This document shows, piece after piece, positions 11,946 through 26,127 of a DNA stretch of 64,000 nt. The translations under genes and the position numbers were made by a program. Source of the DNA: Toensbergia leucococca (lineage: Eukaryota); assembly GCA_022813965.1 (NCBI GenBank), contig JALDZS010000018.1, positions 1-64,000 of the forward strand. Direction: 5' to 3'. A model generated the notes under the pieces. It made no database searches and was not told the DNA's origin. It saw only the letters and a program-made list of their open reading frames with translations. Position 1 is the stretch's first letter. The number at the start of each line of letters is the position of its first letter.

Positions 11946-12794
11946 TAAGTACGAGATGCTGAACGGTAGCATTGTGCATAAGACGCTGTTTTAGGAAGCA
12001 TAGAGAACTTGTGAGACCTCTGCGTAAGCATACAGCAACTGCCTAAAAGGAGATGATCATCTCGTGCTTCAAGGCTGAATGAGGTCTCCAATACTACGAG
12101 TACGGAGTAGGCATTACAACCTTCCAAAAACGGACGAACTCTACGGATAGTCCTGATCTTTATCTGGAAAATCTATTGGTGCAGAACACGTTGATCATAA
12201 AATATTTTCAAGCCAAAAGCCGGTACACAAACCCAGATCAAACAGTGGCATGGAGCCAGGCAAGCAATGACATACACGTTTAGGCAAACCCGTGCGATGC
12301 GAGCCATACGATAATTGCAATTTACACTATCATGTATGCATCGTCGGACGTTGCCTCCTCTATGGTACAAGGGAGAAGACGACGTAACTCGCTACTGCGT
12401 AAAGCGTGTTGGATGTACCGTGTTCTTGGTATGAACATGTAGTGTTGAAGTCTTCATGGTTCCTGCCTCGTCTGTAGCCTCCTCCATCTGCTCTGCTTTC
12501 CGTTGCAATACTTCGAAGATGCATCTCAGTGTTTTCCCCCCGAGTCTTGGTTCTTGTCCTTTTTTTGGTACTTAGGAGTTGTCCCGCACATGGCAAGTAG
12601 CATCTCCGGGTCTTCTTGGGATTCGAAGCTTGCTCATACGGCTTGTATCACTGCTTGTTTGTTGTTCGATTCAATTGGAAAATAACTTGAAAGGGGTGCT
12701 TGTTCTTTCACTACACGGATCCTTTTTGCGTTAGCGACAAAGGCCTCTGCTGGAATCCGAGCCAATTGAATGGTCTACCACCTACAACGGAGTC

Positions 12795-14054
12795 TTGTTC
12801 AATTGCTTTAGTGCCATGTGTTGTATCCGCAACAAATCCTCAATTTTGAGCATACAGTCTGTGGTACCATGCCCTTCCAATAGAAGCATCGTGAATCCTG
12901 ATGATTCACCGCAATTTCACGTCCCTGTAAAAATCCGTCCTAGCGGTGACAGGAGTGCTCAGATAGCGAGTGTATTGGAAGACCCAACTAGCCTGCCAGC
13001 ATCTCGGGATCTTGGACCCCCAGTAGTCAGTGCTGCTCTCTCCTTAGGAGGCAACATGAGCAGCTGTACTTCAAAGTCCATCAATTTCCAGCAAAACTCT
13101 GATGACGATGAGATTACATTTCCTACTATTGGAGACCGATTTTTGGGTTTCCTGTCTACTAGAAGTATTGCATCAGGAAGCATAAGGCTCAACGCAGGTG
13201 CTACTCAGAATATGACGAGCAACATATCAATCTCAATGATTCAGAAATGATGTTGATGTAGATGCCAGAGCAGAGGCTGATAGTGCAGCCTTCTGTAATC
13301 GCTGTTCAAGGTAAACTACTGCGGCACTATCAACCTCTGCTCTGGCGTCTACATCAACATCATTTCTGAGTCATTATCAGCAAGCCAAGACAATATCTCG
13401 AACCGGAATTGACACAGAAACATCTACACCTCTATTGAGCACCGGTAGCACTATCCTTCTCTCAGCAATATCATCATTTCAATTTATCTTCACTGTTGCT
13501 GGTCAAAGCTTCACTGCAAACTCCTCTGGCTTCGGTATCAAAGGCACTACTATCCTTCCTGGCGGTCCAGCAATCACACTCTCCGGCACAGTGATATCCT
13601 TGGGCCCCTCCGATTCACAAATCGGAACTTCCATTGCACTTCTTATACCATCAAGCGCTGAATCCAAGGCAGCAACTCCATCCACCTTCGCTGTTGCAGG
13701 CCAGACAATTACAGCGAACCCTGCCGGCTTTGCTATTGGAAGCACCACGCTCTTGCACGACGGCTCAGCAGTTACAATTTCCGACACAATAATCTCCCTG
13801 GGTCTGTCAGGCCTGCGAGTTGGGTTATCAACCACACCTCTAACCACTTCATCAGCATCCAGGCACTCATGATGTCAGGACTACAATCTATTCATCCAAT
13901 TCCGACAGGCCCTCCTAACTCGACGAGCGCTTCTATTCCGCCGTATAACGTAGCATCGACGGGCCATGTTTTGGTTGCAAGGATCGAGAGATGTCTACTT
14001 GGGGTTGCGACTGCGATTTTTGTTAGTGTGGGGTTGTTGATTGTTGTGTTGTAG
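12795..14054 (+). pseudogene. fragmented Ser/Thr-rich cell-surface (probably GPI- or TM-anchored) protein gene
   Basis: Three consecutive ORFs in different frames. Two repeats of F(T/A)VAGQxxTANxxGFxIxxTTxLxxGxAxTxSxTxISLG and a hydrophobic C-terminus (LLGVATAIFVSVGLLIVVL). No obvious introns reconcile the frames; the 5' end is undefined. Confidence 0.55.
13235..13375. repeat. inverted repeat, 55-bp arms (51/55 identical), 31-nt spacer
   Basis: The left arm 13235-13289 is the reverse complement of the right arm 13321-13375 with 4 differences. Confidence 0.95.
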
Positions 14055-14582
14055 GTTCTGAGTGGCAAGTAGTATTCAACAATGTAGTTGTAGAGATGGG
14101 AAATACGATTACCCATCGAGCTCTGTATATGGTATTCTATGATGAAGGTCATGGTTCCTAGTACGATTTTCATTGTTTGGTTATTTGGTATAGAGAATCT
14201 TATTGGAATTCAACTTCATTCTGTTTAAAGGAGACGTCGTCGCCGAGGACTGATATCCGTAATTGATCAAGAATGCTTCGGCAAAGAATGATAAATCTAC
14301 CCATGTAGAGTAAAATAACAAACTGGAGATCGTGTACACGCAACAGTGTATTGCTTTTCTTCAGAGCATGAGCAAGCACAGTCCCCGAATCCTGAGTCCC
14401 TTTTCGCTTTTCAATACGCACTCTGCACTCTAAGCACGTATCACAGCGAAAGCAAGAAAAACTTGCATTGATGATGGAATTCTTGTGCAAAGCATACCTA
14501 CCGCATGTCGTTGTCGACGAAGTAGAAGCAAAGAAGCACACCTCCACCTACCTGCCAATTCTATCTATAAATCCATACTCAT

Positions 14583-15760
14583 CTAAAACATCTTGTTCAT
14601 AGCTTTGTGCGCCAATTCGACTCCCAAGAACGTCGCTGCGTTTGCCGGCACTGCTCTCAACATCGCTGGCCCCATTCCCGGGAAGAAGGCTTTCAAACCA
14701 CCGTTTCTATACAAGCCTGTCACCGTTCCCCTAACTGTTGGTCTGCCTTCAGCGCTCTGCAGCCGGCTTTTGATTGTATCAATCGGGAACACGGGTATCC
14801 ACATCGCTACTCCCGCTGCCCCCCCAGCCGTAATGATGGCCGTCAGACTCAAGTCCCCGGAAGGGTTGCCATTCGCATCTTTTGGCATCATGTACCGTTT
14901 TGTATACTCGTAAGTAGCAAAATATGCCGCGCTTCCAGGGCCATCTCTTGCGAGTGTCATATTTGCGCCTCGGAAAACGCTCCTGATGCCGCCTTCCTTG
15001 AATAATTGCCGCACGACATCCAATCCGCCCGAATAGCGGGGTTTTTCGCCAGGAGCGAGTTGTTTCTGGCCTTGAATTTGGAGAAGGACTTTGACGCGTT
15101 CAAAGGGGGCAGTTATGAGAGTCATCGGAATGGCAGAGAACCAGCCGGCCGCGGCGACTTGGGCTATGGTAAATGGTTGGTTGGGCGTCGTGGTGGGAGA
15201 AACGGTGCGGACGAGGGATTTTCCTACATCGAAGCCCTGATGGAGACATCAATAGGACAGAAGGGAGGAAGTAAACGGGTAGAAGGTCAAGGAGCGGAGG
15301 CGTACCCAGAAGCTAACGGCGACTAAGATCGTGTTCTGTTAACGGCAAGAACTGCAACAGCAAAGGTGGTGGATTTTACACATTGGGGTCACCCCCACTA
15401 ACGGCGCTGAGACTCCAGCATATAGACCCTAGTAGTTGTCTCAGCACACGACTGAATTTCCGTTCCATAACCCTCTTTGGAGATATTAAGACATACTCTC
15501 GCCAAACCCTCCCTCGCAACGGTCTTTCTCACTACATCGACAGCACTTGTGTAAACACCTTTCTCGGCAGTCTGCAGTCGAACTTTGACCAAGTCAAAAG
15601 GGTGACCGACTACGACCGCACACACGCCGCCAACACCACCAGCAGCTAGGGAACGGAGGCCCGAGAGGGAGGATTTTGTAGCAGCAACTACTTCGGTTTT
15701 GACTTCTTCTGTTGAGGGAAGAGGAGAGGAAGATGACGAAGCAGACGCTGACGAAGACAT
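14583..15760 (-). CDS. CRC1: mitochondrial carnitine/acylcarnitine carrier (multi-exon)
   Basis: Three carrier signatures Px[DE]xx[KR] (HPFDLVKVRLQ, APFERVKVLLQ, FPIDTIKSRLQ), plus RDGPGSAAYF and RAVPANAATF typical of the Crc1/AcuH subfamily; includes a ~17-nt internal exon (FAVSFW). Confidence 0.9.
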
Positions 15761-16291
15761 TGGTGAACAGGGTAAAAGGAAAAAAACAGAAAGGAAGAAA
15801 AGAGCGAATTGTGAAGAGTTACATAGAGTAGCTTGGTATGGGATTCTGAGGTGTGATGGACTGACTACCTTATGGTCGGCCGTCGGGCGGGCTAATGGAT
15901 GCAAGGGTTTTGTGACTGTGGAGGTTTGTTTTTCTCACGTGCTTTTTCAATAAGGTATCACTCGTACTCGTATCCTTTAAATCAACCTCATGACTTGCTG
16001 CACAATGCACAGCATTCTCAGGCCTTCAAGAGAGAGATATCTACTGATGAGATCCGAAATTATAATACAATACGCCGATTTCCTGCCGAATCCCGTTCGA
16101 GGATTGCTCCTGCCATGTCCGTGTAGTGAAGTTCTGCAGAAGATAACTTCCAAATGAGTCATACTAAGTACATAGTGATTTCGTACCGTAAAGTAAATCT
16201 CGAGAGGCCATTTCTTCATTACCTTGAGATATACATTGAACCAGGAAGAAGATTGCTCATTGCTTCTTATCCCTCAGCATAGTGCTGCACA

Positions 16292-18992
16292 ATGATGAAA
16301 ACACCACCTCCTTTCATTGTTGCTACCTGCCAACAGACTCGCTTCCATCTGGTTGATGTACCGGCGTCTCGAGAGGTCAGCCTAATTGATCCAACATAAA
16401 TGCCCACACTGATACATTGCTTGCTTGAAGATTGACATCAAAGATCTCAATGTTACTGTGACCGACTCGGCCTTAAATGACAGACTCAAGACAAGAGGCA
16501 AGGCAAAGGCCGATGGAGTGGAAATCCTGTCTCATACCGAGCTGAGACTGAAAGCTGGTATTCATTACGGTCTTGTTGGACGTAACGGTACCGGAAAATC
16601 TAGTCAGTGTTGCGCCTTGTCTGGATTATTATATACAATCTTGCTTTGAAAGTCAAACGTATCAAAAGTCATCAATAAGTTGTTTGTCACATAGTCCAGT
16701 GCTAACTTTGGACTGCTTGTCCAACCCAATCTAGCTGTTCTTCGAGCTATTGCAGAGAAGCTGATACCAGGAATCCCGTGGAATATGCGGATCTCAATTC
16801 TTCAACAGTCTGCTGTAGAAGCTCAGTCTCAAACCGAAGAACTAATCAGCTGCGAAGAGGATTCTCCTAATTATTTAAGAACGGCGAAGACCGCTCTGCA
16901 ACTAGTTGTTCAGAGTGACACATTGAGGAACGACGTATTGCGGGAATGCAATGGTCAGTGTCTCCGTGGATGATGTGGAGGCTGGTGTAAGAGTCCATTG
17001 ATTTCATGCTAATTTCGTAGCATTATCGAAGAGCTTTGACGATAGCGAGAACTTGACCGGCCCAGTGCAAACCATGCGGCGCCTTCAGCACGAGCGGCTT
17101 CAGAGACAGTTCTTTGAGGTTGAGAAGACTGCCAGACTGAAGAGTGGATCCAGAGGCCTGGAGGCAAGAAAAGCGCTGAACACATTTGAAAAGAAGATCT
17201 CTGAGTCGGCACGACTGTATAGTAACCTCCTTTCTGAGTCCTTTCCCTGTGTTGAATTCAGATATACATGGAAGAAAAAGTATGGTAGTATCGCTGATTC
17301 TCAGTATATAGTGTGAACCAGGCGCCTGACGAAATTGACAATCTTGCTATCCAAACAGAAACCCGGACCGCGGTAGAACTTCTGACGGAATTGCAGTCTC
17401 AAGTAGAACTGGTAAGAATCCTGCTTTCCCAATTTCGATAGAGCGGGCATAACCCCACACTCTCTCACATTAAACAGATGGAAGCCGAGAACATTGAGAA
17501 TAAAGCTCGGACTATCCTGATAGGTCTCGGGTTTAAGAAAGACTTGATGGATAAACCTTTTGCCAGCTTATCTGGAGGTTGGCGTATGCGCTGTTTGCTC
17601 GCAAGTACCCTTGTCCAGAGAGCCGATATCATTATTCTCGACGAACCCACCAACTTCCTCGATCTACTAGGTATCATTTGGCTGCAACGCTATCTTGTGA
17701 ATCTTCGCTCAACTAGTAGCACCACTGTTCTTCTTGTTTCCCATGACCGAGACTTCATTGATATTTCGTGCGAACAGCTCATCATCTTGCAAGATCAGTC
17801 TCTCACATACTTTAGTGGAAATCTGTCAGCGTATGAAGAGGATCGTCGAGCTCATACTTTGCAAATGACACGCATGAAGGAGTCACAAGATCGACAGGTA
17901 GACCACATGGAGAAGACAATAAAAGATAGTATCAAGATAGGTAAGCAGAACGGCGACGACAACAGACTGCGCATGGCCAAATCCCGCCAGAAGAAACTAG
18001 ACGAGAGAATGGGAATGCAGGTCAGCGCAAGTGGGGGCCGATTTAAATTGAGCCGTGATCGGACCGGATTTCACAATTCTCTACGAGAGGATATCGTAAT
18101 ACCCAAATCAGAGAAATCGGCGATGATTGCGTTCCCTGTGGCTCCCGAACTTCGATTCCCAGGTTCACTCCTCTCGTTCGAGCAGGTCGGATTTCAATAT
18201 ATGAATAATATCAAGCCGATAGTTCGAGACGCCAACCTCGCATTGCATCTTGGAGATCGTGTCGGTGTAGTCGGGTTGAATGGGTCCGGTAAGTCCACGC
18301 TCACAAAATTAGCGACTGGGGATCTAAGGCCATCATGTGGAACCATCGGGCGACACTCAAGGCTCAAAGTAGGCTACTACTCACAGCATGCGGTCGAAGA
18401 GCTTCAAGAAATTAGCCACAGGTCGGCCACCTCGACCGCTTTGTCCATGCTCTTAGGCGAAGCGAATGGAGCATTGTCGGAGCAGGAAGCAAGGGGGATT
18501 CTAGGCTCGCTAGGCTTGGTTGGAAGAACAGCATCGGATGTGCCAGTCGGAAAGCTCTCTGGTGGACAATTAGTTGGTCCTCACCTCTTTAGCTCTTCTG
18601 CATAAAAGTATATAATCTGACTCGTGTGCCCATTTGCGTACTAGGTCCGGCTTGCCCTCGCAAAGATACTTTGGTCTCCCCCACACCTTCTTGTATTGGA
18701 CGAAGTCACAACCCATCTCGACTTTTATACAGTAGTTGCTTTGGCAAGCGCTCTTACAACCTATGATGGTGCCTTACTCTTGGTAACCCACGATCGATAT
18801 TTGATCCGATGTGTCGTTGAAGGAGAGTGTCCGGAGGGAGCTGCTAATGACGAGGCTAACAATGAGGGTACGGATGATAAGTCGTTGGGCCGCCGCATAG
18901 TGTACGAACTCAAGGACGGCAAGTTGATGGCTATGCAATCGGGGGTAGGAGAATTTGAGAAGAGCCTAGAAAAGAAATTAAAGGCTCTTTAG
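16292..18992 (+). CDS. soluble ABC-F family ATPase (two nucleotide-binding domains, no membrane domain; multi-exon)
   Basis: N-terminal QQTRFH; NBD1 GRNGTGKS / LSGGW / LDEPTN / VSHDR; NBD2 GLNGSGKS / LSGGQ / LDEVTTH / VTHDR. Confidence 0.9.
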
Positions 18993-20076
18993 CATTCATA
19001 GAGGCTTTGATCTAAAGTAAAGGTGGTATGTTCCTAGAAACGGGACAGTGCAAAGAAAAAAAAAGCGAACTGGCGCCATCGGCAGGAAGGTCTCTCCTTC
19101 GACTCGACTGCTTGTAGCCAACGCTTTTTGCACCTTTGATGCCACAATTTTTCGAGCTTAGCTCAGCTCCTTCCTCGCACCTGCTGCAGGTTGTGAATGA
19201 GAAGCTGAAAACAAGAAAATAGTGGTCATTATTTAATTGCTGAGACACTCGGACTTTGCCTGCAACTATGATCCACACAGAAAGGCAACGGAAGGTGTTC
19301 GGTCTGATATGAAGTACAATTTGGAATGAAGGTTGTTAGATGTTTAGATGTCTCGGGCGGCATCCCTCGGACCGTAGAGTACGAGAGTGCCTACTCGTAG
19401 AGACACACCTCTGGTCTGTCTATTTAATGATCATTGCCAGAATTGGAAGTTGCAGTCCCAGACTCAAGTCTTAGTTTCCCTTGCCCGACCCGAAAGCCCG
19501 TCCGTTTGAAACCTAGGGTGTGCAATGGGGCCCTGTGATTTGTCGGCTGTGCTAAGTCATCTGCTACTAAGCAGCACCTAGAACTATCTCCACATATCAT
19601 CCAAAAGCCCAAGTCCTCTATCAGACGTCACTCGACGTCAATATCGCCTCTCGCTGGTACATTGCTGCTTGTGAATCTCTCTCGCTCAAGCGCTAATTGT
19701 CGTCTTGGCGGATCATCACTTCCCGACGTCCTACGAGTACGAGTACTGCTTCCACATCCCGTGATTTGGTTCCTGTACGGAGTACGAGTACGACTTCCAC
19801 TCATAGCCTGAGAGGCTGACGACCGTTTCTGACGGAGACGATATTTTCGAGTCCGTGATAGCCTCGTCAGCCATCTAGGCGCTTGCCAAAATACTGAAGC
19901 CTTGGTGACTCTTCCCCGTAATCTTCGGGCACGCTTGCCAGTGCGACTCCACTGCGACCGCCTCTTGGTGAAACTGACCCGGTACATTTACAGATAATGG
20001 CCCGTGAGACCTACCAATCTTGAGTATCTATCCTTGCCAGACTCAAGCTATTGGCTAAGGGAGGTTCAATCGGCGC

Positions 20077-23000
20077 ATGCCGGCTATGGCAGCCGCAGCG
20101 CCTCCATTCACAAAACCCGACCACTTTTCAGGTGGGCAGGATGATTCATCGATATCCTCTAAGCGGAACCGGAACGGAAAAGGGCTCTTGGTTGCTACCG
20201 ACAGCGTGGTACGAAGCAAACCGTCAGCATCAGGACCAGTTCCGACGGACGCATCTTCAAGGGAGAAAGATTCTGAGAGAACAGGTAGTAGAGGCCATCA
20301 AACTTCCTTGCGAAATGTCAAAAATAGTACAGAGGTACTACGACAGCGCTCAACTACAAAGAGTATCGTATCAGATGGGAATATAGGTGGCAGAGAAGGG
20401 AGACAATTCACTGTTGGAAACGTTGGGAACAATGGGATGATTTACTTGAGGTATGCTTCAGCCCGTGCTGTTACATTGTAATGCGAGGCATTGCTGAATA
20501 TGTGTATCATTGCTAGACCGGTGGTGCGTTCACCTCATCAAAACTCCTCGGGACCACCTTTCGTCTTTCCTCCGGCCACCCCTCCAAATAGTGCAACGTT
20601 CAAGCGTAAATTAGAACTGGATAGTTCTTCGTCGGATACACCAACTTCAACGCCACGGACGTGTTCTCGGCGCGCTAAGTCTACAGGTCGTGAAACTCAT
20701 GTATCATATTCAACCTCTCAGCGATCGATTAGACATCCTCGCTCTCATTCGCTATCGTCTACCGATGGTCAGGCATGGAATAGGAATTCGGGCAATCCGG
20801 TTTTCACCGTTGTAATTGACGGTTCCGACTCGTTGTCTAAAAATGCTGAACAAGCCTCGCTACCTACTCTGCGAGTACCAATTCCGCACTACAGATTGGG
20901 AACACCTAGATTCAGTGCTCGAGGGACTGCCTTCCTTCACAGTTCGATATACACTGCCGGGACATCAACTAACGAAGACATCAGATCATCGGTCTTCTCG
21001 AGAGTAGAGTACGACAGATTGTTTCCGATCCCACCTGGTATGGAATCACGATCGGTGCTGTCGCGGAGACACTCTCATGCTTCTCCTCAACCATATTCCG
21101 TACGTATAGCTCCTTCGAGTGAAGCTGTCAGTAACCCAGCTGGATCGTCATCACTTTTGTTCCATACATCTAAGGAACCCATTGTCCCGGAAATCTTTGA
21201 TGCTTTGGCTGCCAACCCCAACGATCCGGCTATCGTGCGATACTCGCCTGCCACGGGGGAGATTGCTGCCGCGTCTCCCGCTAGGATCATAGCGCAAATC
21301 ACCTCGGAGAACTTTCTCGACTACGAGCTTCTTTCTGATTTCTTTCTTGGCGTCCGGGCATATCTGTCAACGAATGATCTCCTCGCGTATCTACTTGCAC
21401 GCTTCGAGTGGGCTATCAATCGGTTCGATGACGACGGTCGAGTGGTTCGAGTTCGTGCGTTTGCCGCTCTCAGGCATTGGATACTGAACTATTTCCCTTA
21501 TGACTTCGTCATCGACCGCGAACTTAGGGTCAAATTCTGCGAACGCCTTAATGCAATGTCTAGGACTGTTCGTGAGAGGTCCGTCCACGGAGCCAGCGAC
21601 CTAAAGCTTATCCTTGATTTGAAGAAATGTTGGAACGGTCGGTGTGCACTTTACTGGGATAGTTCATCGACAGAAGTTGACGGTCGGCACGATGTCGACA
21701 TTAACCCTGGCGGTATCGTAGGGAGCCGTGACAGTGATCTAAGCCATCCAAGTCAACTTTGGCAAAAGGCTGTTGAATCTGTGCCGCCCCAGACTGAAGA
21801 AATCTTACCCCAAGAGAAGTCCGAGTCAGCACTCCATGACTGGTTCGATGCTGTCCTGGAAGCCGAGAAAAATGAGTCATTGCCACGGGAACGACAATCA
21901 TCTATTGCAACTTCGCGGAGTCTCCCAACTTCCCCTGAGAGTGAGCAAAGTATCCCAGCCATGTCGTGTTCTATACCAGGAAAAGGCCTAAGAAAAGTTG
22001 TGGTTCATCCAAATCAATCTCTCGGCGCCCATCCTGTGCCTATCGCTGCGGCCTCACGTCGAGTCTGTCCTGCTGCTCCATCAGCACTATCGAAGGAGAA
22101 GACAGCGCGTCCAAAAGACGGCCACAAGCGTAGTGGAAGTTTCTCGGATGCTGTCCGAGATAATCGGGCTCCACTACCATTCGTAAAGGATGACAAACCA
22201 GAGGAGCACATATTTATGGCGATTCCGTATGCCGGGAGTCTAATCCGTGGCGGCATCTTTCCTCCTGGCTCTCCTTATATGGATGGCTTTGCGCCTACGT
22301 CACCAGCGACGGAGCTACCGAGCTTGAGTTTTTCGTCCCAGGACGATGATGACAGCGAGGATTTTGAGAGTAGCAGGATCACATTGCCAATGAGTCCTGG
22401 GGTCAAGCATCTGTTCGGAAGCATCCGTCGGGCTCTAAGCAGTAAGCAGACTGGCAGCCATCATTCATCGACCATGGGTGGACCTTCGATACCTTCTATT
22501 GAGCTGGGCAAGAGCTCGGCTCTCCACGCATATGTAAATGCTAATGGTGAACAACCTCGAATCGAGGTTTCTCATGGCAATACACGTATTGACTTGCTCT
22601 GTGCTGATGCGTCAGAAGCATTCCAGCGCGCTATGCTACTGGAGTCTAGAGAAAATCTTCAACATGACAGCAGTGTTGGATTAGCTTCAGGGAACGAGCA
22701 AGACCAGCGTTTGCTAAATTTTCAGCAGTCCGGTGGAGTCACTCAAACTAGGGCTCTCCGGCCTGATCAGCCCCAGAGAAACCAAAGCGAAGTCACCTTT
22801 GGCAGTCAGTCTATCCTCATTGTTGATGATACTGGCTATATACCTCCTCTACCGGCTATGCCTAGTGTACTTGCAGCTGAACATAAAAAAGCCCCGAATA
22901 ACCAAAGTTTCTCTAAAATAGGTTCCGAGACACCTCCGCTACCGGACCCAAAAGATCAAATTTCTTCAGCCTCGCAAATTGCTGGGATCCAGCTACTGGA

Positions 23001-25341
23001 TGTTATACAGCAGACTACTCCATCCTCCCAATTAGACAATCCGCTTGACGCCGAACAGATCTCGACCTCGAACGGAAGGCCGCATGATAGTGTCACTTCT
23101 CGTCGGCCAGTATTGTTGAATAACTCTCCTGGGAAATCATTCCGGTCTACTTATTCTGGCTCACTGCGAAGATACGCGTCCTTTCAAAGCGGCATGGCGA
23201 AGTATGCACCGGAGTACACTTTAGATGCAACTGCCGTTTCGGAACATGGCGACTCTTCTGAGAACGTCATTGATAAGCCGGCTGGTCGAATGCTCCGTCG
23301 ACGACCCGGCGGCGATCTTCGGGCTAATCAGAATGTGCACGATCTCGAGCAGACGCCAAGACCAAAATCTGCTGGATCCATCGCAACTTACAGTGATTCT
23401 ATGGGTGGTTCAGGAAGATATACCAACAGAACAGCCAAGAACAGTTTGGCTTACACATCCTCCCAACTGGCTCAACGAAACCTTTCAGAATCTGCGGTTC
23501 ACAGTTCTAAGAAAACTCCATCGCTAGTCCGCACTCATTCCTCGCAACCAGCATTGCGCCCTTCCTTCGAAGCTGCTGTTGCTGAGTTTGCCCGTATTCC
23601 AGATGATGACGAAGGTGGAATTGAAGCTACGCTCCTGAAACTCGAGGGTAGGTATGAGAAGATACCCGCTGACTTATCTAAAATGGAACGGCACGAGGGG
23701 AGCGAAATGATAACAGAACACGCGCCCCAGGAGAAGAAAGTAGAGGATGTTGTGGAATCTACGGATATGTATCCTGAGCATGACGTGGAAGACATTATCC
23801 CAGCTCCGACTAGTCCTGAACTAAGAGCTGCGAATACGGGAGACTTTGATCAAGACAGAGAGGGAAATGGCGGATACAGAAACATCATGACGTCAAGTAT
23901 ATATGTAGAATCAGAGGAGTCGTATGATTCAACGCCATTATTAGAGCGAGGTCTGAGCAACAGATCTAGGAGGAAGGGTAATGCAGCTGGCAATCATACA
24001 AGACCTCCCATACCTCGATCTTCCGGATGTCTGAACCCTGATATCAGCAATGAGCAACACTCATCGTTGCGTCCTTCGTTCGAAAGTGGGACAGATACTT
24101 TCTCGAGATTTAGGCGCTTATCCTCAGTCCCAACTACGACCGATTCATTCCTTCTTGATGAAGATGAATACCTGAGCGACCTTTCGTCTGAACTGTCCAT
24201 GGACAGCGATGAGCGAGACGAATTGATTGACCGGGCACTTGGATCTCCCGGCTTTGGGTATCATGAGGAAAGCATCATCTCAAATGTGGGAAGTGCGAGT
24301 CATCCATCCCAGCATCCCTATCCGCCTCCAGTGGTAATAGATAATGGTGTTTCTATCGCGGCACAAGTCAATCAAACGCAAGACCAGCACAGACCTCCAA
24401 CTCCAGACCCGTCGCCAGTGAGTAGAATTGTTGTGCCAGTCAAGAGCCAAGCAAATACTTCCAATCAACTCAACTCTCATCCCATCTTGAGCATTGCGCA
24501 CGATTTCCCAAACTTCCGACACATGCCGTTCGTTCTAGCATTCGATTCCGAGCTGCTTTTGCAGCAGCTTACCATCGTCGAAAGAGACGCGTTGAATGAA
24601 ATTAATTGGCGAGATCTCATAGAAATGCGTTGGAATCACAAGTCCCCTTCCACGCTGAATTGGGTCGAGTATCTAAACACGCATGAACCCAATGGTATTG
24701 ACCTCGTGACGGCTCGCTTCAACATCATGGTCAAGTGGGTACTCTCTGAGATCGTATTGACCCAAAGCATCGAGGAACGTGCTCTATGCATAATGAGGTA
24801 CATCCATGTTGCTCTCCAGGCCAGGAAAGCCCACAATTACGTGACGCTTCTACAATTTACGATAGCTCTGACCTCGATCGACTGCACGAGACTCACCAAG
24901 ACGTGGGACATGGTGCCAGCCACGGAAAAGACTGCACTGCGAGAGCTGGAGACTCTTGTAACTCCTATCAAGAATTTTCATAATTTGCGGCAGGAAATGG
25001 AGACAGCCAACGCAGAGGAAGGCTGCATCCCTGTTGTCGGTGAGTCGTCTTGCTCTTGTTGTCATTCGTCGCAGACTAACAAATCCCTAGCTCTCTATAT
25101 CCACGACTTGACATATAACTCGCAGAAGCCGGCGCAAGTGCCAAGCACCCCCGAAGGCGAACCATTGATAAATTTCGAGCGTTATCGTACTGCAGCTGGT
25201 ATTGTCAAAAGTCTCCTTCGACTCATCGATGCGAGTGCCAAATATACCTTTCAGCCCGTTGAGGGTGTAATAGAACGATGTCTTTGGGTTGCATCTTTGT
25301 CGGACGAGATGATCAGAACCAAGAGCAAGGAATTGGAATAA
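20077..25341 (+). CDS. LTE1: Ras-family guanine nucleotide exchange factor, Lte1-like (REM domain, long linker, CDC25 domain)
   Basis: REM motif (LDYELLSDFFL...RVRAFAALRHWILNYF) and C-terminal CDC25 domain (QQLTIVE...RFNIMVKWVLSEI...GCIP...INFERY); introns at ~20451-20517 and 25040-25090. Confidence 0.82.
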
Positions 25342-26127
25342 TGTTCTTGTCTGTCTAATGAATGTTTGTATAGCTATGCTATTTGGTATCTTTACGCTTG
25401 CATTGCTCTGGATAGTCTTGGGCTGTCACGGCCGTTGTTGTGATTGCATCTATTATGCATTGTGTAACGATGGTCACGTTCTTATGACTTTGGTTGGGTA
25501 TAGGAGCGAAGAGAGCGGGTTTCATACATGTGTCGGTTATATAGGTAGCCTCATGGTTCGTTGGCTTGGTACCGGACTTTATCTAATTGGCATCGAATAT
25601 TTTCATGCTTAGTGAGATGTTCTCCAGCGTGCGAGTCCAACATGGATGGTGTGAACGCAGAATTGTTGGATTTCCGGGTTATCGCTCTTTAGGATTAGAT
25701 GGCAAGGGAAAAACTGAGAGATGTTTTATTCCCTGCCGTCTCTAGAGAAGTCTGATGTCAGTTCTTTCGTAGTTCGGTACCTAGCGATGATGTTGTCAAG
25801 AAACCGTTTTGTCTACCTAAATATGTTGTGTACTTTGGATACGCCAAGGGGTACGTTGAGAAGATGGTTTTTCATAAAGGGGTATTCACCAGGACGGAAG
25901 CCGCCGGGTCAGTGCTGGTTGGTGTCTGCTGATGGAGCTTGTTTCACCCAAGGTGTTTGGTGCTCCAAGGATGAAGCTTTTCTCGGATGCATGGGTGACC
26001 GGGAAAGCACTTGTGCGGGCGCTGTTGTTCGAATAGATTGAGCTGCGTAATTATAGATATACCTCTACATAAGCTCCCCCCTCCCCCAAAAAACGGCATT
26101 TCTCCCAGAGTCACCAATCTTCCCGCA

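Noticed and set aside
11936..12700. Several short ORFs on both strands
   Set aside because: No motifs or consistent splice pattern; treated as intergenic.
13235..13289. Idea that deleting the left hairpin arm alone restores an intact gene
   Set aside because: The frames do join, but a TAA remains at 13312-13314 and another frame break occurs near 13870, so there are additional lesions.
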